A DNA stretch of 64,000 nt from Nemertoderma westbladi (Eukaryota > Animalia > Xenacoelomorpha), in the NCBI GenBank assembly GCA_032718475.1, contig JAUCBJ010009048.1:124001-188000 (forward strand), written 5' to 3'. Made by a program: the position numbers and the translations under genes. This document shows positions 40,179-53,693 of the stretch, piece by piece. Below the pieces are notes generated by a model, which saw nothing but the letters and a program-made list of their open reading frames with translations, was not told the DNA's origin and did no database searches. Within the stretch, counting starts at the first letter, position 1, and every line of letters begins with the position of its first letter.

Positions 40179-42280
40179 ACATGAGAATTGTCCCCGGATG
40201 ACTGTCTTACTGCGATTTCCCAGCGATAAGCGGAGCTGGAACTTGGCAGAATTACACTTTTATGACATCGATCCACTGTTATTCACATTGTTTGTGCCTC
40301 TTTTTGACTGTGGTCTGCTATTTTTTTTCACTGTGTTGTTGCCGTTTTTGGGTGTAGTCACAAATTCCACCTGTTGAGCGGGTATTAATGCCCAAATTGA
40401 CTTTCCATAACCTCAAAGCAAAAATTGGAATTAAATATAAAACATGGCCTTAAATGGATTATAACGTGATAATATAATAATATTCTTATTGCTATTCTAA
40501 TAGACAAATAATATCGGCACTAAAATTACAATACGAAATTATAAAATTAAGTCAGCTTCTAAACAATAAATAGAACACATTTCTAAGTAAAATACATGCA
40601 CCCCGTTGTGGTACACACTTAAATGATAAACCATGTCGTGAAGTGATATATTCTACTTTACAAATGTTAATCATAATATTAGATTCAATTACCAAGAAAT
40701 ACTCCAAATATTGATTAGCTTATCAGAATTTTACATCTGATTTGATTTCCAGAAACCTTGACACCGTATAATTAATAATAATAATAATAACAATAATTTG
40801 AAAATCACAAAATACATTAGAAACTCAAGGTTGGTTATTTAGAGCAGCAGTAGAACACGTACTCCTCTACGGGAGTCCATGCTGGGCTCTAACTGCTGAG
40901 GACACCAAATCTCTGGATGGCAGATTCACAAGAATGCTAAGTCGGGGTCAGGCACGGGTCACACAATAGTTTTCAACTTTTAATTAAAAGATAGAACATA
41001 TTGTAGTCTATGGAGAAGTTCACACATAAACAGTCCACTTTTAAAACGCACTGTTAGTCTCATGTTCTATTTTACTTGAAAGTTGAAAGCTACATTTTTA
41101 GCATTAACCAACAGCCAATCATTAATATATTAATGATTGGCTATATTATAACATTGACGATTTTGTGGGGATGATTTTGTACTGTATCTGTACTGTCGGA
41201 GAATAATTTAAGTTACGTGTCCAACTCACCCATTGACATTCTCGTTTAATTAAAAAACTTATCTTAATCTGCCCGCAAATCTTGATAAAGTTTTCAGATA
41301 CGCCGTACGACAACCTTTTTTGGTTGATTGGGTGAACCCAATATCGGCGCTTATTTCGCCGCCTGTGTAAGGCAGCTAACAGTTGATTGCAACGTTGTCT
41401 AATGATTTTGTTGTTAAGCCGGATTAGCGGCGCGGCAGCGGCTGTCTGTAATCTTATAGGATATCAATTGACAAATACAGACTCGTTGCAACCCGACTTT
41501 AGTCTGTCATCTCATCGGTTTGGAAGGTTGTTCCTGAAATCCTCGGGAAGATATAAAGTATGTTCTATAGTGCGTCCAGTATCTCTATAAATATTTGGTT
41601 ATGTGATTGATTCATTACGATTAGTACAGTTTGATAAAATATGGACCAATCCTAAATATGTTGAAATTAGTTCGTAATGAGTATGTCGGATAAGTCAATA
41701 AATTACTAACTAAACAACTACCTTAAACTTGTAATGAAACACAGTTCCAGTGATAATAAAACACGTTTTACTAAATATGCATAGTACTTGATAGTGATGA
41801 ACACCAAAAGTAAATAGACACAAGTTCAGGTAGTTAGTTTAATTACATATTAATGTAAATTTAGTGTTAATGGATCCAATAATTTATATAATGTAAGAGT
41901 TTAAGTTTTAATTTTGGTGTTTATCAACAACAATCTATAAAGAGTATATTTACATTGGTCAATCTACAAAAAGTCGCCGAAGTTCAATCTGGTTTGGTGC
42001 TGACTTTGAATCTCTCTCACATATCACATATCTCATATAAAGTTATAAAGGCAAGTTATTCACACTTTATAGACAAAATAAAATATGACCCATCTTAGTT
42101 TTTAGAAATACGGAGGGAAATTTAAATTTTTTACATAATTCCAAGCGGACTTGCTTACACTGAAGCGAAGCTATAAATATGTTGACCCTTTTTACTTTTG
42201 CATTACTGACCAACCTGTGCAGCAATCCTTCACGAAGTTGATTAACTATACCCACCTGACCAGGATCACCCCTCTAGCGT

Positions 42281-43406
42281 CGACCAACTCGGCCAACATG
42301 TTAACCGACCAACTCGGCCAACATGTTAACCGACCAACTCGGCCAACATGTTAACCGACCAACTCGGCCAACATGTTAACCGACCAACTCGGCCAACATG
42401 TTAACCGACCAACTCGGCCAACATGTTAACCGACCAACTCGGCCAACATGTTAACCGACCAACTCGGCCAACATGTTAACCGACCAACTCGGCCAACATG
42501 TTAACCGACCAACTCGGCCAACATGTTAACCGACCAACTCGGCCAACATGTTAACCGACCAACTCGGCCAACATGTTAACCGACCAACTCGGCCAACATG
42601 TTAACCGACCAACTCGGCCAACATGTTAACCGACCAACTCGGCCAACATGTTAATCGACCAACTCGGCCAACATGTTAACCGACCAACTCGGCCAACATG
42701 TTAACCGACCAACTCCGCCAACATGTTAACCGACCAACTCGGCCAACATGTTAATCGACCAACTCGGCCAACATGTTAACCGACCAACTCGGCCAACATG
42801 TTAACCGACCAACTCGGCCAACATGTTAACCGACCAACTCGACCAACATGTTAACCGACCAACTCGGCCAACATGTTAACCGACCAACTCGGCCAACATG
42901 TTAACCGACCAACTCGGCCAACATGTTAACCGACCAACTCGGCCAACATGTTAACCGACCAACTCGGCCAACATGTTAATCGACCAACTCGGCCAACATG
43001 TTAACCGACCAACTCGGCCAACATGTTAATCGACCAACTCGGCCAACATGTTAACCGACCAACTCGGCCAACATGTTAACCGACCAACTCCGCCAACATG
43101 TTAACCGACCAACTCGGCCAACATGTTAATCGACCAACTCGGCCAACATGTTAACCGACCAACTCGGCCAACATGTTAATCGACCAACTCGGCCAACATG
43201 TTAACCGACCAACTCGGCCAACATGTTAATCGACCAACTCGGCCAACATGTTAACCGACCAACTCGGCCAACATGTTAACCGACCAACTCCGCCAACATG
43301 TTAACCGACCAACTCGGCCAACATGTTAATCGACCAACTCGGCCAACATGTTAACCGACCAACTCGGCCAACATGTTAACCGACCAACTCGACCAACATG
43401 TTAACC
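42281..43406. repeat. 25-bp minisatellite CGACCAACTCGGCCAACATGTTAAC, about 45 copies
   Basis: Read directly; a few single-base variants. Confidence 0.97.
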
Positions 43407-44197
43407 ATGCCAACCAATCACAACGCCAACCAGAAATAATGCGCTGAAATTCGTTCAAACTCGTTCTACCTCACAACAACACCATAGAGTTTGGCTGAGA
43501 ATAGGCTATTTGTTTGTGATGTAGGCCTATCTAGGTTCATAGTGTGTACTTCAACAAGAAAATGAGTAAGTTATACATAACGAATAAGTAACGAATGATA
43601 CAGACAGACCATAACGCTGTATAATACCAGTTAGAATCCTGCACAGAGTGGCCCAATAAATTTTATTTAGCCATTTGTTTTTATAAGAACACCAATTCAT
43701 CAATATTTATCTGATAAACATTGGAAACTAAACTGAAATCAACTAAATTATATTATAAAGCAACACATTGCGAGACCGGTTGTGTTTCTGGGGTAATGTT
43801 GGGCGGGTAACATGTTACTGGGTCCACCCTTAGCACTAATACTGCCGCCCTCAAGTATTAGTACAGGAATAGCTGTTACTCGCAGGACTATAATAATAAT
43901 AATATGGATTTTAATATTTAGTGAGAAAATATTTTTGAAGCTTTTCGGCTCTATTTTTGTAGATTGACATTTACGACTAGGTCTATCTATATCTAAATAT
44001 AAATATTCATACTGCAGTTAAAAAAAACAAATGTTTATGTACCCTGTGTGGTGAATGTAGAAGAATAAGAACCATTTAAATTAAAAATAGTTAGTAGAAT
44101 AATAAAAAAAACACCCAATTACAAGGCTTTACTGCTTTAAAAAAATCCACGGGTTAAAAAACCAAGTACAGCACAATGGGAGCCACAAGAGCCGGTT

Positions 44198-44830
44198 TCA
44201 GTAGTAGTGTACGTGACGGTGCTTGTGGTAGTAGGTGCGGGGAGTGGTGCCGTCCCCTCGTCCCGGGGTCTCTACCTCCACGCTGTGGGGGTCGGTGAGG
44301 GCGCTGCCCGGGTCCGTGCCCCCCGCGCCCTCGGAGCGGGGCGGCGAGGCGAACCCGTTGGTGGACGAGCGAACCTGGGAACCCGCTTGGCGGACCTCGG
44401 GTTTCGCGTCGCGTTGCAGCGGTTCCAGCAACTCGGTCCCGGCGGCTACCGGTCGGCGAGACGCCCTGGGGATCCGCGGCGGGCGTTTCGAGGCGCGACA
44501 CAGCCACACCATAGCGACCACTAGTACGAGGAGCACCGCTAGGGGGACACCTATTACGATGGCCCAGTTGAGGCGGTCGTCCTCTGGGTGCGGGGGCGGG
44601 GGGAACGGGTTGCCAAGCAGCACAGTTAGTGTAGCAGTGTCTGTACCCGAGGTACCTGCTGTGGGGAAGAGCCAAGTGCAAACGTACTGGCCTGAATGCT
44701 CCGGTTTGGTATGAGATATAGAGAGAGAAGACTCACTGAAGGAAGAGTTAACCCGCTGTAGACCGCTGATTACCCAAGGTGCATTGGGTTGGGGTTCCTT
44801 GGGGAAGATTAGTAAATATTCATCTTGGAT
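44198..44830 (-). CDS. FGFRL1: FGFRL1-like last exon (Ig3 C-half, TM, short His-rich cytoplasmic tail)
   Basis: Acceptor TTTCAG|ATC; SGQYVC; TM WAIVIGVPLAVLLVLVVAMVWLC; ends YYHKHRHVHYY*; no kinase domain. Confidence 0.82.
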   Translation of the reverse strand: MQDEYLLIFPKEPQPNAPWVISGLQRVNSSFSESSLSISHTKPEHSGQYVCTWLFPTAGTSGTDTATLTVLLGNPFPPPPHPEDDRLNWAIVIGVPLAVLLVLVVAMVWLCRASKRPPRIPRASRRPVAAGTELLEPLQRDAKPEVRQAGSQVRSSTNGFASPPRSEGAGGTDPGSALTDPHSVEVETPGRGDGTTPRTYYHKHRHVHYY

Positions 44831-45282
44831 CTGAAAAACATTAATAAATTAAGAGTGACGGACAATTAATAGGCCTATATATCTACACAGAGACACAATA
44901 GGTATAAATGGATATAATCCGGTAGAAGGCACTTGATACACAGGCAACATGTAGTCAGTAAACAGGACAATAGCAAAAAGGTTCCCGGGCAAAAGGTACT
45001 GAAATAAACATTAAAGGAGAAAAAGTACCCGGACAATAATAGATGCTACTGCTACTACTAGAGCAAAGGTTCCCGTGTAAAAGGAACCACAAAAGGTTCA
45101 CCAATAAGATGTACCAAGATATTTACGTTTCCCAGACAAATGTTACTCGATACAAAAGGCAGATGATAGATAAAATAATTCTAAACAAAAGGTATAACTG
45201 AACGGAACGGAACGTTCCCAAGAGAGGTAATAAATACTAAATAAAATAAAGCTGTCAGTCCGGGAACGTTTTAGTTACTTAC

Positions 45283-45547
45283 TTTAGTGACGCTAAAGAT
45301 ACTGTCAGTCTTCAACTTAGTGTACTCTTCTCGGCTGATAACTTTCATCCAAGTTAGTATGGCTGCGGCGCCCCTATCGTATACCGTGCAGATAAAGGAG
45401 ATAGGCGAGCCGATCTCGGTGGATTGGTTGTGGGGACGGATAGAAACTATACCGGAAGTCAACCGGGAATCCAACGACTCCACTAGGAGCTCGAAGGTCG
45501 CGGAAACCTTCCCGATGTTGTTCTGGGCTTCGCATCGGTACTCTTCA
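45283..45547 (-). CDS. FGFRL1: FGFRL1-like middle exon (Ig2 end, Ig3 N-half)
   Basis: Acceptor TTTAG|T completes the R codon; EEYRCEAQNNIG and PHNQSTEIGSPISFIC; donor AAA|GTAAGT. Confidence 0.82.
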
Positions 45548-45600
45548 CTAAATCAGATAAAAAATAACAAAATGAACGAAATGTACCTATTTTTTGCATA

Positions 45601-45810
45601 AGGCCCGTTTTCGCGCAGCTTTTTTTTTGAGCTTTATTTTTAGTTAAAACAATTTCTAGAAATTAATTACTTCAAGATGAATCTGAGAGTTTTCGAATGC
45701 TAAAACCCAAAATATAGAATAAAGCTCAAAAAATGCTCAAAAAAAGTTTGATAAAAGTTAAAAAAAAAGCTAGAAATGCAACTCAAAAAAACTGCGCGGA
45801 AATGGACCTT
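45601..45810. mobile_element. Small MITE in FGFRL1 intron
   Basis: Imperfect TIRs AAGGCCCGTTTTCGCGCAG / CTGCGCGGAAATGGACCTT. Confidence 0.55.
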
Positions 45811-46462
45811 CAGTAAATAAAATTGGCTTCATTTTTTAGTTATTACACAAATAGGGATTATAGAGTCAGTGGATGTAAAGTACTTACTGTATTACTGTAA
45901 CCCGGAATAAAAATATAATAAACTAAATAACAGGGTAACTTTTCAAGTATTAAATTAAAACACCCAGGTACTAATACTTTTAAATAGTGAAATTTATTTC
46001 CCTATATAATTAACTATATTAGTAATAAATAGTTATTATTAATAAATTGCCAATTATAATTCACCGCTCAATTCACAGTAGTCGAGGATTCTCCAAAACA
46101 CAAAACTCTGAATTTTACAATTTTGTCATAGACCCTATTGTTTTCTTAAAGGAAATCGCATTGAAATTAACTCTTTTGACCCCCCCCCCCCCCCCCCCCC
46201 CCCGCCATAGATGATTTTCATCAAAATTATTCCGGTGCTTTGCTTAATTAAATTATTTTACAGCAATTCATTTTTCTGACTGAGTTACCGGTACATTATT
46301 ATAACCAAAACAATAAACAAAAAAATCGTTATGACACGGTAATGGTCTATTTGTGAGAGTAATCACTTGCTATTTGCGTCGATTTTCACCTGAAGGGGAT
46401 GAGTTATAATCGTAACGACCCCCCCCCCCCCCCCTCCCCCGTACCGAACTAACTCAACTAAC

Positions 46463-47103
46463 CGATCATTATTTTGGCTAATCCCGGATATAACCAGCAC
46501 GGCTTCCCCGTTGCTAGTGGTTACCCCGGGGGGCAGACTATCCGCGGACAGTAAACTCCCGCCGAGGAACCACTTGTAGGCTATTGGCCCATCCCCGTAG
46601 GCCGTGCAGTTTATCGTTAGACTCTCCCCGACTCTTGGCAAAACAACCGAGATTTCTTCCTTCCGTTCAACAAACCGAGGCGCTGTTTGCTCCCGATCTG
46701 AGCTGGTAACAACCAAACTAAACTCCTGTTCTAGAATTCCATAGCCGTTAATGGCGATGCATTTATATCGCGCTGTGTCTGAGACTTGTAGTTTGTTTAT
46801 AACAAGTGTGTTGCTATTTACAGACACTTTTAAGCGGTTATCGAAATTTTGATTTAAATCTTCTCCGTCTTGAATTTCGCCTAATTTTTTCCATCGGAAA
46901 TCGATTTTTTTGGGCATTACCTCGACCGGACAGTACATGGTTATTGAGTCCCCTACCAGTCGGTAGAATGTTCCCGGATTTACGTAGTTGGGTTTACGTT
47001 GCGGGGGGAGTTTATCTGCAGCCCAAACCGAGTGGCGTTCCAATACTACGAGGAAAAGGAACACTGGCAATATGCTACGCCGTGGACGGAAGGATGGCCA
47101 CAT
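46463..47103 (-). CDS. FGFRL1: FGFRL1-like first coding exon (signal peptide, Ig1, most of Ig2)
   Basis: Hydrophobic signal, CPVE..W..K, DTARYKC and CTAYG..W. Donor CG|GTTAGT is phase 2, matching the next exon. Spliced CDS is 1539 nt (512 aa). An upstream acceptor at 47119 suggests a 5' UTR exon. Confidence 0.82.
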
Positions 47104-49781
47104 ATTCCACGCACAGCAGCTGAAAACAACATAAGGTGCATATTCGTTAATAAGTAAATAGGGGAGGGGGGCCTACTCAATAATAAATAATCTGATACCG
47201 GTAATGTATTTTACTGCAGGACTGCCAGATACTGAGATATCAGGATATGCCTGTATGCTGGGAAATATAATACACGGCACACGGCCCGCGGTAATACAGT
47301 AATATAGTACCGGACCGGTAATACAGTAATAATTCATGTAATTATTACATTATTGTACAGCTGTACAGATGAATTTGGAAACAAGAGTGGTATTGCTGTA
47401 TTGGTAGAGGTAGGCAGTCTGGCAGTAGGTACTGGAACTGGAACCATGATTGTTTGCCTATACCAGCTAAGAGCGGGAAGTTCAAAATAATATTATATTT
47501 CTTTGAAATTTTAAACTAATAGTTGAGTCAATCTAGCAAAAAACCCAGAAGTATTTCGCAATCAATTCGAACCACATATTTTGGATGCTACAGCCTACCT
47601 TGTTATGTTAGTTGTTATTGTTGTTAATGGTGTAATGACTAATAAAAAGTCTATAATTTTATATTGTGGATCATATGTTTATTCATGGAAATTCTGCGTA
47701 AATTTACAAGCCAAATAAAAGGAACAGTCAGACATTATGGAAGAGTAAGTAGCAAATTAGTAATGTTCCAGAATAATTTAAATAATTTCATAATAAGCTG
47801 TGATTTTCAATGGGAAATGAGTAATATTTACACTGGCGTGTTACACATTAATTGCTATATATCGGTAACTAGAAATCGCATCAAATTTTTTAAAATATCA
47901 AAAATTTCACGATATATAAAGGTAACTAACTAAATGTAAAAAAATTATACAATTCCACTGCAAGGAAATTTCATAATTTCCATTAATGTTAGCGAAGATT
48001 TTTCACATAATAAAATTCTTATTGCTCTATTGATTTTAGGTGTAATTTATTTATTTATTGTAGTTTAAAAACCACAATAGTTTATAACATAATAAGAATA
48101 TAACAAATCAATTTTTTGGAGGATAAGGGTTTTTGAGGTCGATAAATCCGATGGGCGAGGTTACATCCACCCGTTTAGTAGAGAAGTTGGGTAAATAAGC
48201 TCTCTATATTGTACCAGCAAAATTTGTATTAAAAATGGTTATATGATTAGACAAATTTCCGTTGCTCTGGAAACTAAATTGGTAACTGTCTAGAAGTGAA
48301 TACTTCAGTAAATCGATAGTAATTAGAGTAAAGTTTGTCTGCACCAAATTTGGAGAAAATCCCACCAATAGACCCCTTGTTGCTATGTAAAATCCATGTT
48401 GCTAAGGAAAGAAACAGGAGATTGAAGGTGATCCGGATAATATATTTTTATAGACTGTTTTGGGGGTATTAACATGGTAATATAGAATTTAAAAAAATTG
48501 GTTTGGATGAATTCCGAATTTGTTATGGGTTGACCCCCTTTTATGGCTAGATTTACTCGCCTATAATCTTTGGACGTGCGTGCACGTGATACTGAATGAG
48601 GAAAAAATGGTTGGAGGTTTTATATTTATTTTAAAGGCTATGAGTAATTATATTCTTTTTTAAATGTTTAAGTTTAATTTTTTAAGTTATTAATTTTCCG
48701 CTCTAATTTACCCAAAATCGTGAGAATAATGAGTACTTTTTTCTCTAGGGAAAAAAGTAACAAATAGGATTGATTGATAGGCATTGATTTTACTTTTTCA
48801 CCCGACGAAAAAAAAGTAAAATAAAATATTTTTTTGCGTAATTTCTTAAATTTCAAAACATGTGTTGAAAAAGCATCGAAGTAGAATTGGTTTGCAAGTC
48901 ATTTGGGGTTAAACTTTTCCACGTATGCCGTACATATCAACGTATCTCTAAACATTACATTGAGCGATTTGACATACCCGTATGCAAACACTTGAGAATA
49001 CTGTTTCGTGATAGGTCCAGATGAGATACGGTACGAGATTATTGTCAAGTCAACAGTGTCTCTGTTTGCTGAAGGCCCATAATTACAGTAGTACCGCGGT
49101 GTTCCGCAGTTGCCTGTCAAGCCTAGCCTTGCTGTAGTCGGTCTCTGTCAGTGTCAGTCCGGGTTTTACATTTTTGTTTTTCTAATTGAGAAGTACTATA
49201 AAATATTAAATGTTACAAAATTTCGAGATAAAATATCAATGTGTGATAAAATTGTGTAAGTTTAAATCTTCGATGGGTCAAAAATGACCGCAAGGAGAGC
49301 ACAAGGGTTAAATCGACTGCAGTTTTCAAGCCTGCCTCTAGGCTGGTGTAAAGTGATCAAGGGCATCTGCTTAGATTTTGCTTATTTTTCTTTCAAGATT
49401 ACACGTACATAAGTTTATATCACGTGCTGCGCGAAGGACCCACTTCAGTTATAATATGGTTAAGGTTAAGTTACAACAAATTATAGCTATGGATACCAGC
49501 GCAAGCAACCCTCAGCGCCAAGCCTTTTAACTGCAAGCTAGCTCCCAAACTACAAGCAAATTGACAATGGATCAACAACAAACAACCCTTCCACCCTGGT
49601 AGCCAATGAGAGAACCTAGAGCTTTCGAGTATTTTTAGTAATTATAGGTAGGTAGGTATATTAATGTCATGTAGTATTATAGAATTGGACCAAATGGAAT
49701 GGTGGGGAATCAGGTCAGGTCAGTGGGCAGGAGTATGTGAATCCAATAATATTGATTACCAACAATATTATTATTAATTAA

Positions 49782-51571
49782 CTAGAAAGCCTGTGGCCCT
49801 TCGGGCCACAGCTTTCTAGTGCACGTGCAGATGATATATGAATATGTGTGGGAGATTTGAGAACTGCATACGGAACAGACACCATCATTAAATAAAACAC
49901 CACCCCCATAAGAGATAACTGTCAAGTTTCAACTTTAGGCAGATTGTAAATAACAAAATTTCCAGAAAATGATCACTTTCAGATCCACCCTCTACCTGCG
50001 GACTGGTGAAATGCAGACGGCGCTGCAGTTTGGTAAAGATGGGGTTTATGGTGAAGTAAAATGCCTGCCTTTCAAGTTTCAGCTTAAACAGATTGTAAAT
50101 AACAAAATTGATGTAGATGTTCACATTCAGACATTTCACCCTCTAGCGGTAGACTGAAGAACTGTGGACGACTCTGGGACTCCGTAAAGATACAGAATAT
50201 GCTGTAGTAGATTCCTGCCAAGTTCCAGCTCAATAGGATTAAAAAGAACCAAATGGGATGAGGTGTTCACTATCAGATATGTCGCCCTCTAGCGGCAGAT
50301 GGGGGGACTGTATACAACTCTGTGACTCCGTAAAGGTACAGCCTATGCTGTAGTAGATGCCTACCAAGTTTCAGTCTAAACCGTTAGTAAATAACAAAGT
50401 TGGAGAAGATGTTAACTTTCAGACAATTCGCCCTCTAGCGGCTGACGCGGGTAATGTAGACAACTCTGCGCGACTCAGTAAAGATATAACCTATGCTGTA
50501 GTAGATGCCTACCAAGTTCAGTCTAAATGGATTATAAATAACAAAGTTGGAGAAGATGTTAACTCTCAGACATTTAGCCCTCTAACGGTAGACTGGGGAA
50601 CTGTGGACAACTCAGTGACTCCGGAAATATACAGCCTATGCTGCAGTATATAGCTACCAAGTTTCAGCTCAAAAGCATTAAAAACAACCCAATGAGATCA
50701 GGTTTTCACTATCGGACAATTCGCCCTCTAGCGGCAGATGGGGGAACTTCAGACGGCTCTGAGTATTACGTTGCAACGAGTTAGGGCGAGACCTATCTAA
50801 CGAGCTATAGTAAGCGAGATTTCATCGAGATTAGATGTATAATATTAGATAAAATAATAATACAGTAAGTATAGGCCTACAGAAATAATTAGTTTACTTT
50901 TAATATTCATAACAGTAAAACAAAAATGTTATAAACCTCTCCTTCCATGCAGCCAATGATTGAGAAAGCAGAATTACTCTTGAGCAATTCCCAACAGACA
51001 ACCCAAACCCACCCCAATCAACACTCCAGCCTGCTTGCTCCTTATCTGTGTCCAGCCAGCTAGCTGCGATTTCAATAATTACCTTAACGTTGCTATGATA
51101 CAGAAAAAAATCCTTCCCTATTCACTACAGCACTAACCACTAAGAATAGGCCAATTCGATCGTGCTTGGCGAATATGACATATTTATACACTATTTGATT
51201 TTTAATCAATAAATAATCATACATATTTATATTAAACACTCGAATAAAATAAATACTTTGTGAGAATGGGACACGGCGAATCTACTCATGTTAATTTTAT
51301 ACCAGATGGGATAAATGTTACCCCTCTAAATAATTAATTACCGATAGAAGAACCGAAATAATTCGATACATTTCGCCCGAACGAACACAAAATACGCATT
51401 CACGCAAGCAAACGCGTAAAATTAGCCTCGAGATTGCGATAGTTTACGTGCTCAGGACGAGAGCTTTCGATCGATGTATCATTTGCTCAGATTGGTGCAT
51501 GTGTGTCGGAGCGTATAGCTTGGACAGACTCACAGACTCACAGACAGACAGAGGATATTTATATATATAGA
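49782..51571 (-). mobile_element. Probable non-autonomous Helitron
   Basis: Minus strand begins A|TCTATATATAT...(TCTG)n and ends with the hairpin TGTGGCCC-GAA-GGGCCACA then CTAG|T. That the two ends belong to one element is inferred. Confidence 0.55.
49880..50760. repeat. Diverged 146-bp tandem repeat, about 6 units
   Basis: The core CCCTCTAGCGG (or close variant) recurs at 50137, 50283, 50429, 50576 and 50722. Confidence 0.85.
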
Positions 51572-53391
51572 TTCTGAACAAGACGAGTGAACAATACATG
51601 TCTGGGGGGGCAGTGAGACTTCTCTGGGGGGGCAGTGCCCCCAAATCCCCCCCGCACGATACGGGCCTGCCGGGTGTCATTGAGATACAGTAGTGTAATT
51701 TATTTTCAGCTGCTTTATTTCTTCAGCTACTTGCCGACAATAAAAGGTAGCAAAAAGCAAATAAAAATAAAAGTGCACGCTGCACGCACAAGGAAAAATA
51801 ATTATTATAGACCATAAATCTGTCAAAAGTAGTGATTTCCGAGAAATCCAACTGTTTCAATTTGAATTTATTTTTAAACACATTGATAGATCGTGATTCC
51901 AGATTCCATTACCTTTTCAGGAATAGTATTCCAAATAGTATCTACACGGCTACGAAAATGTGTTTCCAGTTGTTTCGGCTTTTTAGCATACAGTACAGTA
52001 TTATGTACCGTTCCCATGGTTTCCGTGTCGAATCTCTCGTATCTCATCTGGACCAATTAGGAAACAGTAGGCCTATTCGCCTACAGTACTTGTATGTCAA
52101 AGCGCTCAATGTAATCAGGTGATATAGGTGATATACAGTAGGGGAAACCACCAGTGAATTATGTTGTTTATTTTGATTATTAATGAAACATAATGCAAAA
52201 ATTACTATACTGGGTACCGGTAGTCTATTGTAGTCTATTATAATCAACCAACCTTTTTAAGTGTGAATTAATAAGATAAAGCAAATCACAAATGACATCC
52301 GATTGCTTAAACGTAATAACGTATAAATAAAGAAATGCCCCCAGAACAATAGTCAGTGCTTTCAGTAGGAGCAATAAATAAATTATGTATTTAATGTAGT
52401 ATATAGGCCTGCTAAGCTACATAATTATATTATTAATTTCATTGACAAGTGAACTAAAACATTGTAATTATTATATCACGCACATCAATAATATACAGTT
52501 TAGCAAGGCAATTCGTAAAAAAAGTGTATTATAATATTAAGCTCGAAAACCCTGGAATAAATTTACCAAGAAATATACAAAGAAGTATGATTAATTCCTG
52601 AGTGGGCAGTCCAAAAAATAATAATGAGAACACCACTTGCTTTAGCTCACTGAATGTGACAGGCTGTCTGGTCTATCTGTATGTGAAAGCCAGACAGACC
52701 CACTAGTCTGACAAGCAACTGATTATAGACATTACATGGTCTGCCATTTGGAGGCTAATGAGAGGTCACAGTAATCACCCTTTTCGTTCCGTCCCATTTC
52801 ATATTCATATAAATATTATCCTAAATGACATTCTACATTTGCTTGTAATTTAAAATGGAATTGAATGGGGAGCACGGCCAGTTAAACACACACAGAACAG
52901 CAAAAATAAGCCACGTTAATCGGCGTAATTTGCGGTACACGTTCCAAAGAAATTTTAAGCGGATAAAGACAACATGTTTCATAGGAAGTACAGTCACAGT
53001 GTCCCAGGAAATAGTGTCACTCATGTGAAAACGATTAGACCCAATAAACCACAAATAAAGGCTAACATATTTAACATAACAAAACATATTACTAAACAAA
53101 TAGAACACACAGTGATCAAGCACTGTTGGCTAATTATTTTGACTATGGTTTCTTATATTACAGTAAAGATAACTTACACCACAATATTACTGGTAAGGCC
53201 TAATTAATATTTGGTCTGAAATAATCTTATCAAACTAACGAATTATAGTACATAATATTAGGGGGCGTTGAAAAAGCCCAACAGTACGCTAAATGTGACG
53301 GAGTTGTGTGCAAACGATGATCCGAAATGCCAACAATTGTTTCATCTTCATCATATCAGGGGCGAGGGGGCATTTGTACCCTTAGTGAGCG

Positions 53392-53693
53392 GTTGGGTGC
53401 AACCTTCGCCCGCATACAACCTTCGCCCGCGTTCAACCTTCGCCCGGGGTAACCTTCGCCCGCGACCAACCTTCACCCAATAAGATTTGTGTTAGTAAAC
53501 ATTTTAGTTACCAATTTACCAATTGAGGGAAAGGAGCAGGTTACAGAGACGGCTTTTTCTAACTAAAACAATGATTGTTTAGTGGGCGAAGGTTTCGGCC
53601 GAGCGATAGTTGCTCATTTTGAGGGCGAAGATTGCTCCGGGCGAAGATTGGACGTTGGTGAAGCTTTCGCGCGGGTGAAGTTTACTGCGTAAC
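53392..53693. mobile_element. Short MULE-like element with 9-bp TSD
   Basis: TSD TAGTGAGCG at 53383 and 53694; AACCTTCGCCC repeats at the left end and inverted GGGCGAAG repeats at the right. Confidence 0.6.

Noticed and set aside
17843-43406. CRISPR-like arrays
   Set aside because: The repeats are head-to-tail with no unique spacers, there are no cas genes, and the context is eukaryotic.
44154-44714. Overlapping GC-rich ORFs around the FGFRL1 last exon
   Set aside because: Alternative frames of a GC-rich exon; only the 44830-44198 frame fits splice phases and domains.
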